Virus record (IMG/VR): IMGVR_UViG_3300012927_000093
Coordinates: 1-62,268 of that record
Reading direction: 5' to 3' (one strand)
From: a virus
Taxonomy: Duplodnaviria > Caudoviricetes
Length of the DNA stretch: 62,268 nt
This document shows positions 26,862-36,499 of the stretch, piece after piece. How positions within the stretch are numbered: position 1 is the first letter of the stretch; each line of letters opens with the position of its first letter. Position numbers and translations under genes: made by a program. The notes below the pieces were generated by a model, which did no database searches, was not told where the DNA came from, and saw only the letters and a list, made by a program, of their open reading frames with translations.

Positions 26862-28148
26862 TCAGCTGTGGTGCTGGAACGCGGCAACCGCGTTGGAGTC
26901 CTGCACGGTCGCGTCCAGGCGGGTGAAGCCCAGGAAGCCGACCTGCAGACTGTCCATGTAGCGCTCGCCGAACCGGACCATGTTCATGTCCAGCACCTGG
27001 CGAACCACGTACGCCCGACGGAAGTCGCCGAACAGGATCGACTTGGCGGACGCGCCCGGAACGGCCATGCCCTGGTCGATGAAGTAGGGCTGGCCGTTGA
27101 TCGTCGGCGCCATGCCCGGCACCGGCACCGGCACCCACAGGGGGTGGCCCTGCGAGTCCTTGATCTTCCGGATGACGGCCAAGGCGGCATCCGCGAACAT
27201 GAACCTGCAGTTCTGCCGGTAAGCCGGGTCCAGGCTGTGCTCGAGGTCGATCAGGTTGTCGTAGGTGATCGACGTCTGGTCGGCACCCGTGACGGCAACG
27301 GTGGCGTTGGTGGCAATACCCAGCGGCTCCGTGGTGCCCGCACCAGTGACCAGCACCGCCGCGACCTTGCGGCCGATGCGGGTGCCCAGGTGATCCGGCA
27401 GCCAGTTGTTCAGGTCGAACACCGAGTCCTGCAGCAGCTGCACAGACACCTTGGCGACGCCGGAGGCGTACAGCCACGCGCCCAGGGTCGCGGTGCCGAA
27501 CGTGAAGTCGGTCATCGTCGGCGCGGTGGCCTCGGGGAGGATCGCACCCAGGTTGCTGGTGTCATCGTTGGTCGGCCACTGCAGCGGGTTGCCGGTCGAG
27601 GTGTTGATGACGTCGGCGTAGGCCAGCAGCCCACCGAAAGCTTTCATCCTCTCGATGATGATCTGCCTATACCCCGGCGGAATCAGGTAACCACCAGCAG
27701 AGCTCGGCGACGTGTTCTGCCCCGCACGTGCTTCCTGGCCGGCGTTCACGTAGTTCGCGGCCAGGAGCTGGCGCTGCTCGGAACGCATGTCCTCCAGGCC
27801 GCCGCGGGCGTACGCCTCGAACGCCCGGGTGTACTCGACGTCGTGCGCGGCCTTGCGCTCCTCGGAGGACTGCTCCGGGGTCTCTGCGGCGCTGCCACCA
27901 CGGGTCTGCACGACCTGGCCGTAGTCCACGGCCTCCACGCTCTGCGCGCGAGCTGCGCGCTTGGCGTCGGCCTCAAGCTCGGTGACCTTCGCTTCGAGCT
28001 CGTCGGCCCGCGCGCTGGCGGTGTCGAAGTTGGTGCGCTGCTCAGCGGACCACTCGCCGGCCTTGTCGGTGTCGGCGATGATCTCGTTCATGCGGTGCGA
28101 GAGCCCCATGAGCTCCTCGCGGTACCGCTTGTTCTGCTCGTTACTCAT
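26862..28148 (-). CDS. Major capsid protein, HK97 fold, with N-terminal delta/scaffold domain
   Basis: AGGYLIP, VSVQLLQDS.FDL, G.GT.EPLGI, KIKDSQG.PLW, FGDF, VGFLGFTRLD. Confidence 0.96.
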   Translation of the reverse strand: MSNEQNKRYREELMGLSHRMNEIIADTDKAGEWSAEQRTNFDTASARADELEAKVTELEADAKRAARAQSVEAVDYGQVVQTRGGSAAETPEQSSEERKAAHDVEYTRAFEAYARGGLEDMRSEQRQLLAANYVNAGQEARAGQNTSPSSAGGYLIPPGYRQIIIERMKAFGGLLAYADVINTSTGNPLQWPTNDDTSNLGAILPEATAPTMTDFTFGTATLGAWLYASGVAKVSVQLLQDSVFDLNNWLPDHLGTRIGRKVAAVLVTGAGTTEPLGIATNATVAVTGADQTSITYDNLIDLEHSLDPAYRQNCRFMFADAALAVIRKIKDSQGHPLWVPVPVPGMAPTINGQPYFIDQGMAVPGASAKSILFGDFRRAYVVRQVLDMNMVRFGERYMDSLQVGFLGFTRLDATVQDSNAVAAFQHHS

Positions 28149-28223
28149 GTTGGATCGCGTCCTTTCCGGCACGCCAACAACCCCCGTACGCAGCGCGCAG
28201 GAGGGTCGAAAGGGTTTGGTGGG

Positions 28224-29450
28224 TTAGGCAGCCAGGGTCAGGCGGACCGCGAGAGAGCGGGCCTTCGCCATGGCGGTGTACTGCTCAGCATCAAAGTCCC
28301 GAGTGGACGCGGCCGGCTCGGTGGTCTGCGCTGCTACTTCCAGGTCAAGCGGCTGAGTGGTCTCTCCCGGCTCATCGCTCGACTTGCTCTCATCACTGGA
28401 GATGTCAATACCGAACTTCTTTGCCGCTGCCTGGATCTTCGACTTGATCGAGGCCAGCTGCTCGGAGGTGTACTCGGCGGCGTTCTTCGGCATGTTGATG
28501 TACGACCACGCCGCACGGCAATGGGCCGCACTGTCGAGGGGGTACCGCTTCTTGCCGTCCGCCTGATAGCCCGGGTCGGCGTAGGTGACGTCGCCATAGG
28601 GCTTCTTGGGGTCGCGCTCCTCGAACGGCTCCATCGCGCCGGCATCGGCAACGATCGGGGTGTCCGTGCCGAGCACCTCGCCGGGCATCTTGTTGATCTT
28701 GTCGATGGTGCTCTGCACGATGTGCTGGACGCGCTTCCCGTCCAGGTGCAAATCGACGTGCACCGGCGCCAGCTCCGGGTCATAGCCCAGTAGTGGCCCC
28801 AACTCCGGACGGTGGTGCACCGCGCGGGCGATCGCGTCCACGTCGCCGCGCCGGCGCAGCGCCGGTACCAGCGAGAACCTCAGCCCGGCGTCGGTCTCCT
28901 CGTAGGCGGGGAACGTAACCGCGCTGACCTCGATCAGCTTCACCTCGCGGATGGTGCGCACCTCGACAGCGACCGGATCGCCGCTCGCGGAACGCTCCTC
29001 TTCCTCGGCCCAGTCGTCTTTCATGACCTGGAAGCCGAAGCTCATGCCCCGAATGTTGCCGTTGTCCAAGTTGGCGACCAGGTCGTTGACGTAGGACAGC
29101 CGCTGATCCAGCACCGAATCGGTGTAGAGCCCGCGAGTGTTCTGCGACAAGGTGAGCGTGCCGGCGCTGGCCCGGGACACCACGTGGTAACTGGAGTGGT
29201 CGATCAGGAACCGGGCGTCGGTCTCGCCGAGGGTCTTGGTGAAGGCGCCCGGGGCCACCGACTCGTAAAAACCCACGGTGCGGGGGTTGCCGATCGCGGT
29301 GCGCACGTTGAACAGCGCCGCGTGACCGCCGAACCGCCGCGCATCGGTCCCCGAGGGGTCCGCAACGGTCACACCGGCGTCGGAAAGGACCAGATCACGA
29401 CGCTCTTCACCAGTCGGCAGGCTAGAAAGCATCGCCGATCCTTCCTTCAT
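28224..29450 (-). CDS. HK97-family prohead protease with a C-terminal DUF6582-like domain
   Basis: GHAALFN, ESVAPGAF, DH, GMSFGF, EVSAVTFPAY; extra KPYGDVTYADPGYQ.DGKKRYPLD domain. Confidence 0.92.
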   Translation of the reverse strand: MKEGSAMLSSLPTGEERRDLVLSDAGVTVADPSGTDARRFGGHAALFNVRTAIGNPRTVGFYESVAPGAFTKTLGETDARFLIDHSSYHVVSRASAGTLTLSQNTRGLYTDSVLDQRLSYVNDLVANLDNGNIRGMSFGFQVMKDDWAEEEERSASGDPVAVEVRTIREVKLIEVSAVTFPAYEETDAGLRFSLVPALRRRGDVDAIARAVHHRPELGPLLGYDPELAPVHVDLHLDGKRVQHIVQSTIDKINKMPGEVLGTDTPIVADAGAMEPFEERDPKKPYGDVTYADPGYQADGKKRYPLDSAAHCRAAWSYINMPKNAAEYTSEQLASIKSKIQAAAKKFGIDISSDESKSSDEPGETTQPLDLEVAAQTTEPAASTRDFDAEQYTAMAKARSLAVRLTLAA

Positions 29451-29453
29451 CTG

Positions 29454-30704
29454 TTATCCACCGTCTGACGGGCCGAGAGACGAGCCGCCGATGACCGGGT
29501 CGGTGCCCATCGGCGCGTTCAGCGGAGTCGGATTGGTGGGCTGCATGTATTCCTGGCCGGCGCCGTTCGGCAGCGGCGGCAGATCCTCATAGGCCCGGAT
29601 CTCGTCCACGTTGAACGCGCCCATTTCCCGCATCACCCGGTAGAACTCGGCACGGGCGATCGAGTCGCCGCGTAGCAGGCTGTCCAGGTCGTAACGGGCC
29701 TTCTGACCAGCGGGTAATAGTTCCTTGGAGATCCGCTGCTCGGCCGGGTTCAGCCAGTTCGGGCCGAGATCGAACTGGTTGAAGCCGCGGGCCTGCTGTT
29801 CAAGACCGCTACCCCACGACGTGGTCTTGTCCGTCTGGTACATCAGGTACGGCGGGATGCCGAAGAACCGCGCGGCCTCTGTGACCTGGAAGTCCCGGGA
29901 CTCGAGCAGCTGCGCATCGTCGGCCGGCATCGTCAAGCTCTGGAACTTTGCGCCCGAGTCGATCACAGCGATCTTGTGCGCGCCGTCGATGCCTGCGAAC
30001 TTCTCCGCCCAGCGGGCCTGCAATGTTTCGGCCTGGGATTGGTCCAGCTCGGCCTCGGTGGACAGCAGGCCGTTGAGCATGTTGCCGGACTTGAACAGTC
30101 GCGCGGCGGTAGCTTCCGCTGCTTGCGACATGCCGATCGCCTGGGCGGCCATCCGGACCGGGGAGATCCCGGCGATGCCGTTGTAGCCGATGCCTGGGAT
30201 GTGCATGACCTCGTTCGGGGTCAGCACGGTCATCGTGCCGTCCAGCTGGGTGATCTTGAAGATCTTCCCGGACGGGTTCTGCGGGATCGCCTTCACCGGC
30301 AGCACCACCACCCGGTCTGGCTGGATCGGGTTCAGGTGATCCAGCTTGCCGCCGCGCTTGTAGACCTTCTGCGAGAAGCAATTGCCCCACAGGCAGCGGT
30401 GCGCGGCCATCAGGCGCCAGTATTCGAGCGGCGTCATGTCCGGGTGCGGGTCGTCCAGGATGGTTCCAGTGACCGGCTTCTTGGTGGTCATGTCGATGGC
30501 GTTCAACGGCAGCGACCCGGCGAGCCCGGAGATGAGGCTGACGGCCCGGTAGACCGCTGACATGTTCATCGCGGTGTACTCGGTGACCGGAACGCCCGAA
30601 TCGGTCGGCTGACCGCCGAACAGGCCCAGAATCGACAGTGAGTTCAGCGGGACGAGCGGGTTTTCCAGGTTCGCCCGACGTTCGCGGAGCTTAAAGAGGC
30701 CCAT
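29454..30704 (-). CDS. Portal protein, HK97 family
   Basis: SAVYRAV, LWGN, EVMHI, GISP, DAQLLESR.FQV.E.AR.FGIPP, DEIR..EDLPP. Confidence 0.96.
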   Translation of the reverse strand: MGLFKLRERRANLENPLVPLNSLSILGLFGGQPTDSGVPVTEYTAMNMSAVYRAVSLISGLAGSLPLNAIDMTTKKPVTGTILDDPHPDMTPLEYWRLMAAHRCLWGNCFSQKVYKRGGKLDHLNPIQPDRVVVLPVKAIPQNPSGKIFKITQLDGTMTVLTPNEVMHIPGIGYNGIAGISPVRMAAQAIGMSQAAEATAARLFKSGNMLNGLLSTEAELDQSQAETLQARWAEKFAGIDGAHKIAVIDSGAKFQSLTMPADDAQLLESRDFQVTEAARFFGIPPYLMYQTDKTTSWGSGLEQQARGFNQFDLGPNWLNPAEQRISKELLPAGQKARYDLDSLLRGDSIARAEFYRVMREMGAFNVDEIRAYEDLPPLPNGAGQEYMQPTNPTPLNAPMGTDPVIGGSSLGPSDGG

Positions 30705-30874
30705 CAGCGTTGCGCCTGCCGGCGGCCGGTCTCCGCGATCGACCAGCGCTCACAGGCCACCACGACGGCCGCTCCGGCGACCAGGAACGCCGCCGGCACG
30801 TAAATCAGCGCCACACCGGCCACGAACAGGGCCAATCCACCGATTTCGAGGGTCAAAAGGAGCCATTGCGGCAT
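30704..30874 (-). CDS. Small two-TM protein between TerL and portal
   Basis: GLALFVAGVALIYVPAAFLVAG, a common gene at this position. Confidence 0.7.
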   Translation of the reverse strand: MPQWLLLTLEIGGLALFVAGVALIYVPAAFLVAGAAVVVACERWSIAETGRRQAQR

Positions 30875-30888
30875 GCCAGAGGCTCCCT

Positions 30889-32481
30889 TCACCACAAGTT
30901 GGGCACTTTTCGCTTCGCCAGCGACCCGTGTTCGATGGCCCAACCGCGGGCTTCGTAGGCCAAAAGCGCGGCCATGAAGGCCGAAATTGACTGTGCGTGA
31001 GACTTCTTGACGATGCGTTGGTAGTGCTCAGGCTGCCCAGGGACCCGTTCCTCAGCCGTGGAACGCCGCTTTCCGTTGGCCAAAGCGGCCCCAGCGGCGT
31101 GCATAGTGAGGATTTCGGTGCCGTCATGGGTCAGTTCGTCGCCCCGATGGGCGGTTTGGAACCGCTCCACCAGCTGATCCATGCGCAACTCGGAGTTGGT
31201 CCACAGTTCGTAGACCTTTTTCGGGTACTGGCCGTCCCAGCCGTTGACCTCGGTCTGCCAGCCGCTCGGCGTGCAGAAAAACGCCTCAACCTCGTACGCC
31301 TTGAACACGTCCCGGACGACTTGGTCGACCTCGTCGCGCGGAACGGTCCATTCGTCCTCGCCCGGGGCCCGTTCCCACGACCGGAGGTGGAAAATGTGCC
31401 CGTCGGAGAGCCTGGAGGCGCACAAACTGGTCGCATCCCGGTTCTGGGAGCCGTGGAAGCCCAGCGCGATCTTGTCTCGGGGCCGCAACCGCTCCCCGGG
31501 GCGGGCTTGGGCGTCCCACAGGATCATGTCGACGGCGTCGCGCGAGCCGACTGACACTTCGTTGAGGTAGTAGCGGCGAACTTCGCCCTCGGAGTGCGCC
31601 GGGTTCTGCACTTCCTTGGCGATACGGCTCAACCGGACCCAGCCGCCGCGTTCGGTAGCGCTGTCGCCGTATACGTAGGCCAGTTCAGCCATCAGTTCGG
31701 CGTCGTCCATCAGGTTCACGCGCCGACGAGGCGGCCGATAGTCCACATAGACATACCGATCGGCCGCTTCGTAGGTCCGCTGCGCCACCGAGCGCTCACT
31801 CGGGTCGTATGCGTTGCTGATCTCGATCCAGCGACCATCCATGCCGCCCAAGTTCCGCTTGAGCGTGCGTGCAAGCTTGAGTCCGCCACTGGTTTCGGTC
31901 ATCAGCTGGGTCTCGGTCATGCTCACGAACGTCACCCGGGCGCCCTGGCGAGCTCGTGAGGACGCCGTAACCGGCTCAATCCGCCCGTTGCCCGGCAGGT
32001 TGATGCGGGTCTCCCCTGGATCCAGGCCCGGAGTGCTCTGCAGTGGGCCCTCGCGCAGCATCGTGAGCAGCGGCCGGAACGTGTTGCCGGTCTGCTCCTC
32101 AGCGTTACCCGCGCACTGGATCCACGGGGTGGGCCACGGACGCCCTACCGGCTCGCCAGCGGCGTCCCAACCGGCGAAGCGCACCGGTCCGAGCGCCTCG
32201 GCGCAGATGATCGCCGCCGCGAACGGGTCCTTTCCCCATTTCTGCGGCCTGACCAGCAACGCACCGGAGAACCGGAACGCGTCCGACCCCTCGCCGTCGC
32301 GTGCATTCGGTACCAGCCGGTAGGCGTGCAGCAGGTGCATGTACTGCTCGTCGGTCAGGATGTACGGCTCGCCCATCCGCTCACCGTCGGGGATGATCAC
32401 GTTATCTTCGATAAAGGCTGCGACAGCGTGCCCCAAAGACGGCCAGCGGTCGCCGTCCGGGTCTGGCCCACGCCACGGCAT
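30889..32481 (-). CDS. terL: Terminase large subunit 1 (ATPase motifs present; nuclease acidic triad substituted)
   Basis: LTDEQ, RPQKWGKDP Walker A, EEQT.N, SNAYDP; nuclease motifs read GFHGS, FCTPS, SISA. Confidence 0.92.
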   Translation of the reverse strand: MPWRGPDPDGDRWPSLGHAVAAFIEDNVIIPDGERMGEPYILTDEQYMHLLHAYRLVPNARDGEGSDAFRFSGALLVRPQKWGKDPFAAAIICAEALGPVRFAGWDAAGEPVGRPWPTPWIQCAGNAEEQTGNTFRPLLTMLREGPLQSTPGLDPGETRINLPGNGRIEPVTASSRARQGARVTFVSMTETQLMTETSGGLKLARTLKRNLGGMDGRWIEISNAYDPSERSVAQRTYEAADRYVYVDYRPPRRRVNLMDDAELMAELAYVYGDSATERGGWVRLSRIAKEVQNPAHSEGEVRRYYLNEVSVGSRDAVDMILWDAQARPGERLRPRDKIALGFHGSQNRDATSLCASRLSDGHIFHLRSWERAPGEDEWTVPRDEVDQVVRDVFKAYEVEAFFCTPSGWQTEVNGWDGQYPKKVYELWTNSELRMDQLVERFQTAHRGDELTHDGTEILTMHAAGAALANGKRRSTAEERVPGQPEHYQRIVKKSHAQSISAFMAALLAYEARGWAIEHGSLAKRKVPNLW

Positions 32482-32484
32482 GGC

Positions 32485-32766
32485 TTATGGGTAGACCGTG
32501 AAGGTGCTGGCTAGCTTCGCGGCCGTGTACTGCGCCCACTGGCCGTTGTTGTAGCCGACGTAGCTGCCGGTCGGGACCGTGAACACGGTGCTGTTGTTCG
32601 AGATCACCACCGCGTTGGTGGTCTCGCCGGACAGCGTGTCGGCGACGACCTGGATGTTGAGCGCCGGGTACGCCGCGATCAGCGCGGTCTGCAGGGCGCT
32701 GACCGTGCTGGAGTACTGCGTGAAGGTCAGCAGCGGGGACAGGTTGACGGTAGGCAGATACGTCAC
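32485..32766 (-). CDS. Hypothetical protein
   Basis: 93 aa, RBS AGGAG. Confidence 0.6.
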   Translation of the reverse strand: MTYLPTVNLSPLLTFTQYSSTVSALQTALIAAYPALNIQVVADTLSGETTNAVVISNNSTVFTVPTGSYVGYNNGQWAQYTAAKLASTFTVYP

Positions 32767-32774
32767 AACAACTC

Positions 32775-33128
32775 CTACGGGACGGGAAACGGATCGGGCA
32801 CACGAGAACCCAGGTTGATCTCACGGTGGACGGTGATCTGCTCCCCGTCGCGTTCGCCGTACTCAAGCCATATGATCTTGTTGACGATGTCGGTGCCAGC
32901 TTCGCCTTGGCGCTCCACCCAGTGCGTCAGCAGCACTTCGGCCGGGTCGATGCCGTGCGCGGAGAACCAGTCCTGCCAGAGCTGCACATGCCCGGCTGAC
33001 TCGTGGTTGATGTCCTCGCGGAAGTAGTCCCGCACGTGGTAGTGGCCGTCTTCGGTGCAACCGTGGTCGGGACCACGGGCGCTCTGCGGGCAGCGGCGTA
33101 GCTGGGAACCACGCTTACGGTGTTCCAT
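32775..33128 (-). CDS. Hypothetical protein (N-terminal C..H.C..H)
   Basis: 117 aa, overlaps the upstream gene. Confidence 0.55.
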   Translation of the reverse strand: MEHRKRGSQLRRCPQSARGPDHGCTEDGHYHVRDYFREDINHESAGHVQLWQDWFSAHGIDPAEVLLTHWVERQGEAGTDIVNKIIWLEYGERDGEQITVHREINLGSRVPDPFPVP

Positions 33129-35049
33129 AGAACGCCTTCTGGTTCGCTTCGGCGGTCATCCGATCCAAGGTCGGCAGCACCGACGCCCAGAACACCGCCT
33201 CACTGAAATTCATGGCCAGCGGGGCGAGGGACCCGCTGCGGACCACGCCGCCAATGGCGAAACGGTCCCTCGTGGGCTCACCAACACCCCGGACGTAGGC
33301 GACCGGTGCTAGGTCGACCGCCGCGTCCAGCCACTGGGCCATCACCGTGCCGGTGTCTGTCCCTGACATTTGGTGGATGGAGCCGTTGAACGCGTTGCCG
33401 GCGCCCTGGTAGGTGGCGTCACTGGACACGATCTGAATGGAGACCAGCGGGCGGGCCCTGGACAGTCCGCCACCGGCGACGTTGTCCGGTTGGTTTAGCC
33501 CGTACTGGAAGTTGGTTTGGGCGATGACCGCCTCGGCCCACCAGCGTTTCTGCGCGACCGGGGTAGCGGCAGTCAGCACCCCGCACACCGACGCTGAACC
33601 AGCGGCAAACAGGTTCGGCGTCGTCGAGAACACCACGTCGTCGACACCGTCGAACGTGGCCGCGGGCTTCCCACCGGAGGTGATCACCGCGCCGGATGAG
33701 ACGAGCTTCGGCTGTGTGGTGGTGGTGGCCTGAGTGAGGTGCCTCGTGTTACCGGACTGGTCGTACCAGGTGTCTACGAAACCGTCACCGGCCCCGCAGA
33801 AGGTCAACAAGCTCGCGGTGTCCAGGGCGCCGGAGACGAACCCGATGTCCTGGGTGGTGCTGTCGGAGCTGCGGCGCACCTTGACCGCGCTACCGGCATA
33901 ACCAGGCACGACGAGGCGCAGCGAGTAGGCGCGGGCGGGAACGACGGACTGCCCGAGCCCGTGGTCAACCGGCGTTGCGGACACCGTGGCGGACACCGTT
34001 CCCGGCCCGGCAGTGGACACCGGGATCACCCGGAAGTCATAGCTCGTGCCGGTAGTCAGCCCCGTCGCGTTTGCGGTGAGGCCGGCCGTTGTGGTGGCGA
34101 TGGAAACCCACGTGCTGCCAGCGGTGGTTTTCTGCTGAAGGTTGTAGGCCCCGGCCCCGGACAAGGCGCTCCAGGTCAGGGTGAGCGCGGTGGCGCCGAC
34201 GCTGCTGGTCGCCAACCCCGTGACCTGACCCGGTACGGCTGGCGGGGTGGGGTCGGACGCGCCGGTGAGAACACGCTGGTAGGCGTCGAACATGCTCCGA
34301 CCCATGACCCGCTGCGCGACGGCGTTGTAGTGGTTACCGTCGCCGAGGTTCTGGCCGTATACCCCCGCCGCGATCCGACACCGGGTGTTCCTTCCGGGAG
34401 TCCCCAAATGCACCGTGTTGACCGCCGCCCTGGTGCCGGTGGCCAGGTACTCCGGGACCATCTGCCCCATCACGAACGGCAGGCTGGGCAAACCCAGGTC
34501 GGTGCGGGCGCCGGTGATCAGCGCATCCAGGTCGGTTTGATGCGTTGCGCCGCTGATCCCGTTGTCGCCGTCGGTTTCGCCCTGAATCCAGAGGATTGCC
34601 GCGATCCGCGCGTTCGTTCCCGCCGCCGCGAGTGCTGCTTGTGCCTGCGCGACGGCTTGGGCGTAGAGACCACCCGCCACGCCTCGGCGCCACCCAGTTG
34701 CCGATGCGGTTGACAGCTGAGTGCCGCCGAGCGCGGACGGCACCAGCAGAACCCTGCGGTTCACTGGGGACGAATGCAGGTACCAGCGGGCGAACACCAG
34801 GCCAGGGCCGATTCCGGACGGCACGTCCAGCATGGCCAGCGGCTCAATAGCTTGGGAGATGACGCCGGCGTAAGTGCCCGACGCGCCCCACTGCTGAATG
34901 CGCGGATCGGACGGGTCGTAGCGGGTCGTGTCGTAGGGGGTGCCCCTGCCGCTCATGTTCGACTGACCCCACAACAGGATCAGGTCATAGCCGACATCGG
35001 CGGTGCTCAGGGCAGCACTGGCGGACGACGAGACATTTAGCTTCGACAC
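33115..35049 (-). CDS. SGNH/SASA carbohydrate acetylesterase + FN3 + lectin-like domain
   Basis: GQSNM (Ser), WIQGETD, DGNH (Asp-His); FN3 PGQVTGL...LTW...GLTTGTSYDFRV; AYSLR...WYDQSGN...FDGVDD. Confidence 0.85.
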   Translation of the reverse strand: MSKLNVSSSASAALSTADVGYDLILLWGQSNMSGRGTPYDTTRYDPSDPRIQQWGASGTYAGVISQAIEPLAMLDVPSGIGPGLVFARWYLHSSPVNRRVLLVPSALGGTQLSTASATGWRRGVAGGLYAQAVAQAQAALAAAGTNARIAAILWIQGETDGDNGISGATHQTDLDALITGARTDLGLPSLPFVMGQMVPEYLATGTRAAVNTVHLGTPGRNTRCRIAAGVYGQNLGDGNHYNAVAQRVMGRSMFDAYQRVLTGASDPTPPAVPGQVTGLATSSVGATALTLTWSALSGAGAYNLQQKTTAGSTWVSIATTTAGLTANATGLTTGTSYDFRVIPVSTAGPGTVSATVSATPVDHGLGQSVVPARAYSLRLVVPGYAGSAVKVRRSSDSTTQDIGFVSGALDTASLLTFCGAGDGFVDTWYDQSGNTRHLTQATTTTQPKLVSSGAVITSGGKPAATFDGVDDVVFSTTPNLFAAGSASVCGVLTAATPVAQKRWWAEAVIAQTNFQYGLNQPDNVAGGGLSRARPLVSIQIVSSDATYQGAGNAFNGSIHQMSGTDTGTVMAQWLDAAVDLAPVAYVRGVGEPTRDRFAIGGVVRSGSLAPLAMNFSEAVFWASVLPTLDRMTAEANQKAFYGTP

Positions 35050-35051
35050 AA

Positions 35052-35330
35052 CTACATGCCCGTTTCGAGGGTCTGCACGGTCTGGGTGCCGGTGGCGACA
35101 ATGCCGTACAGCACCTCACCGGGTTGAAGATCAGCCTGGAACGTGGCCCCAGAGATCAGCGTCAACCCGGTGCTCGTGGTCACCGTGGCGTTACCGATCA
35201 CCACGGCGGTCGGGCCCGGGTTGTAGAACGCCACCGAACCGCCGGCCTGGTTGTCGGCCATGGTCGAGTGCATCGGGCCGATCAAGGTCGCGGTGGTGCC
35301 GACACTCGTCTGGGATGTGTAGATCGCCAC
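35052..35330 (-). CDS. Small beta-rich virion-like protein
   Basis: YNPGPTAVVIG...VTTSTG...LYGI. Confidence 0.55.
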   Translation of the reverse strand: MAIYTSQTSVGTTATLIGPMHSTMADNQAGGSVAFYNPGPTAVVIGNATVTTSTGLTLISGATFQADLQPGEVLYGIVATGTQTVQTLETGM

Positions 35331-35771
35331 TTAGCCCGCCTCCGGGTCCACTGCCTTGAGCCGGCGGCGTGCCGGGGCTGCCTCGCGCTGCTCCTCGACC
35401 TCGTCCGCGACGATCTCCCACTCCAGGCGCTTGAGGGCCTGCGGGTTGAGTCCAAGTCGGTCCTGCATCGCGGTCATCGAGTTCAGCGTCTGCGCGGTGG
35501 CCACGTTGTTCTTGGCCTCGTTCTCCACGGCGAGCGAGACCCGCACGTACAGGGCGATCGTCATGTCGATGTGCATCCGCACCCACGCGTGGGCCTGCGC
35601 GGTGTGCCAGAGCGCGTCCCAGCGGTGCAGCTCGAAGTCCGTGGCTTCCATCAGGGGCCACTCCGGGATCGGGCCTGAGTAGCCCTCCATCGGCAGCTGA
35701 ACCTTGGAGCTACGTGGGAGGTTGCGCCGGATCGCGTTGGGGTTGCTCAGTGGTCCGCGGCTACCGCTCAT
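35331..35771 (-). CDS. terS: Terminase small subunit 1
   Basis: SRGP..NPNAIRRN, PEWPL, W..LW.T.QA.AW, DRLGL.P..L.RL.W; RBS AGGAGG. Confidence 0.88.
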   Translation of the reverse strand: MSGSRGPLSNPNAIRRNLPRSSKVQLPMEGYSGPIPEWPLMEATDFELHRWDALWHTAQAHAWVRMHIDMTIALYVRVSLAVENEAKNNVATAQTLNSMTAMQDRLGLNPQALKRLEWEIVADEVEEQREAAPARRRLKAVDPEAG

Positions 35772-35811
35772 CGGTCACCTCCTGGGTGGTTGATCTGGGA
35801 GAATGCGGTGC

Positions 35812-36300
35812 ATGCCCTGCTATAGCGCCGAGTGCGAGGAATGCGACGGCAGTGGGTTCGTCGTGACGTACGACGACGAGGACAATTGCCGGTGCCACTA
35901 CCCGACGAACGAGCTCTGTGACGCGTGCCGGGCGGAAATCGAACGCTGCAAGGCATACGTCGAGGAACGTCGCCGGCCGCGTCTGGAAATGATGCGCTCC
36001 ATGAAGGCGGCCATTGCCGAGATGCCCGGGAGGGCCGACATGGTGTTCGAAGTGTTGGTCGGGATGAACTACCCCGGCCCAGACGGCGTGGAGCGACGGT
36101 CCGAGGCCAACGCGATCGTGACGTACCTGCCGCCGGAGTCGCTCTCCTGGTTGATCAAGGACGGCCACGTCAAGCCGCTGTGCACCACCGGTGAGTCCCA
36201 CGACGAGTGCCCGTGCGAATGGCACCGGTTAGCCGCGCTAACCAAGGACGATCAAGAGTGGCTGTCGCTCTACGGCTGGACCAATCCGTTCAATGCCTGA
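35812..36300 (+). CDS. Cys-rich hypothetical protein (leaderless start)
   Basis: GAGAAT-7nt-ATG; several CxxC motifs. Confidence 0.6.
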   Translation: MPCYSAECEECDGSGFVVTYDDEDNCRCHYPTNELCDACRAEIERCKAYVEERRRPRLEMMRSMKAAIAEMPGRADMVFEVLVGMNYPGPDGVERRSEANAIVTYLPPESLSWLIKDGHVKPLCTTGESHDECPCEWHRLAALTKDDQEWLSLYGWTNPFNA

Positions 36301-36493
36301 GTGGTCGTTCGACGCCACGGTCAGCACGCATGATCTTCTCAAGCGCGGCGTGACCGAAGCCCGGTTGCCCGGTTCTCCGCACCACCACCACCGGGTCGTA
36401 GTGGCCGCTGAGACCCGCGACGAGGCCGCGTTGCTGGCCGCGCAGATGGTCTCCTGCACCGCGATCTGCACGGGGCTCTACGACCGCATCTGA
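36293..36493 (+). CDS. Hypothetical protein
   Basis: HRVVVAAET..EAALLAAQM; coupled to the upstream gene. Confidence 0.6.
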   Translation: MPEWSFDATVSTHDLLKRGVTEARLPGSPHHHHRVVVAAETRDEAALLAAQMVSCTAICTGLYDRI

Positions 36494-36499
36494 TACCCG

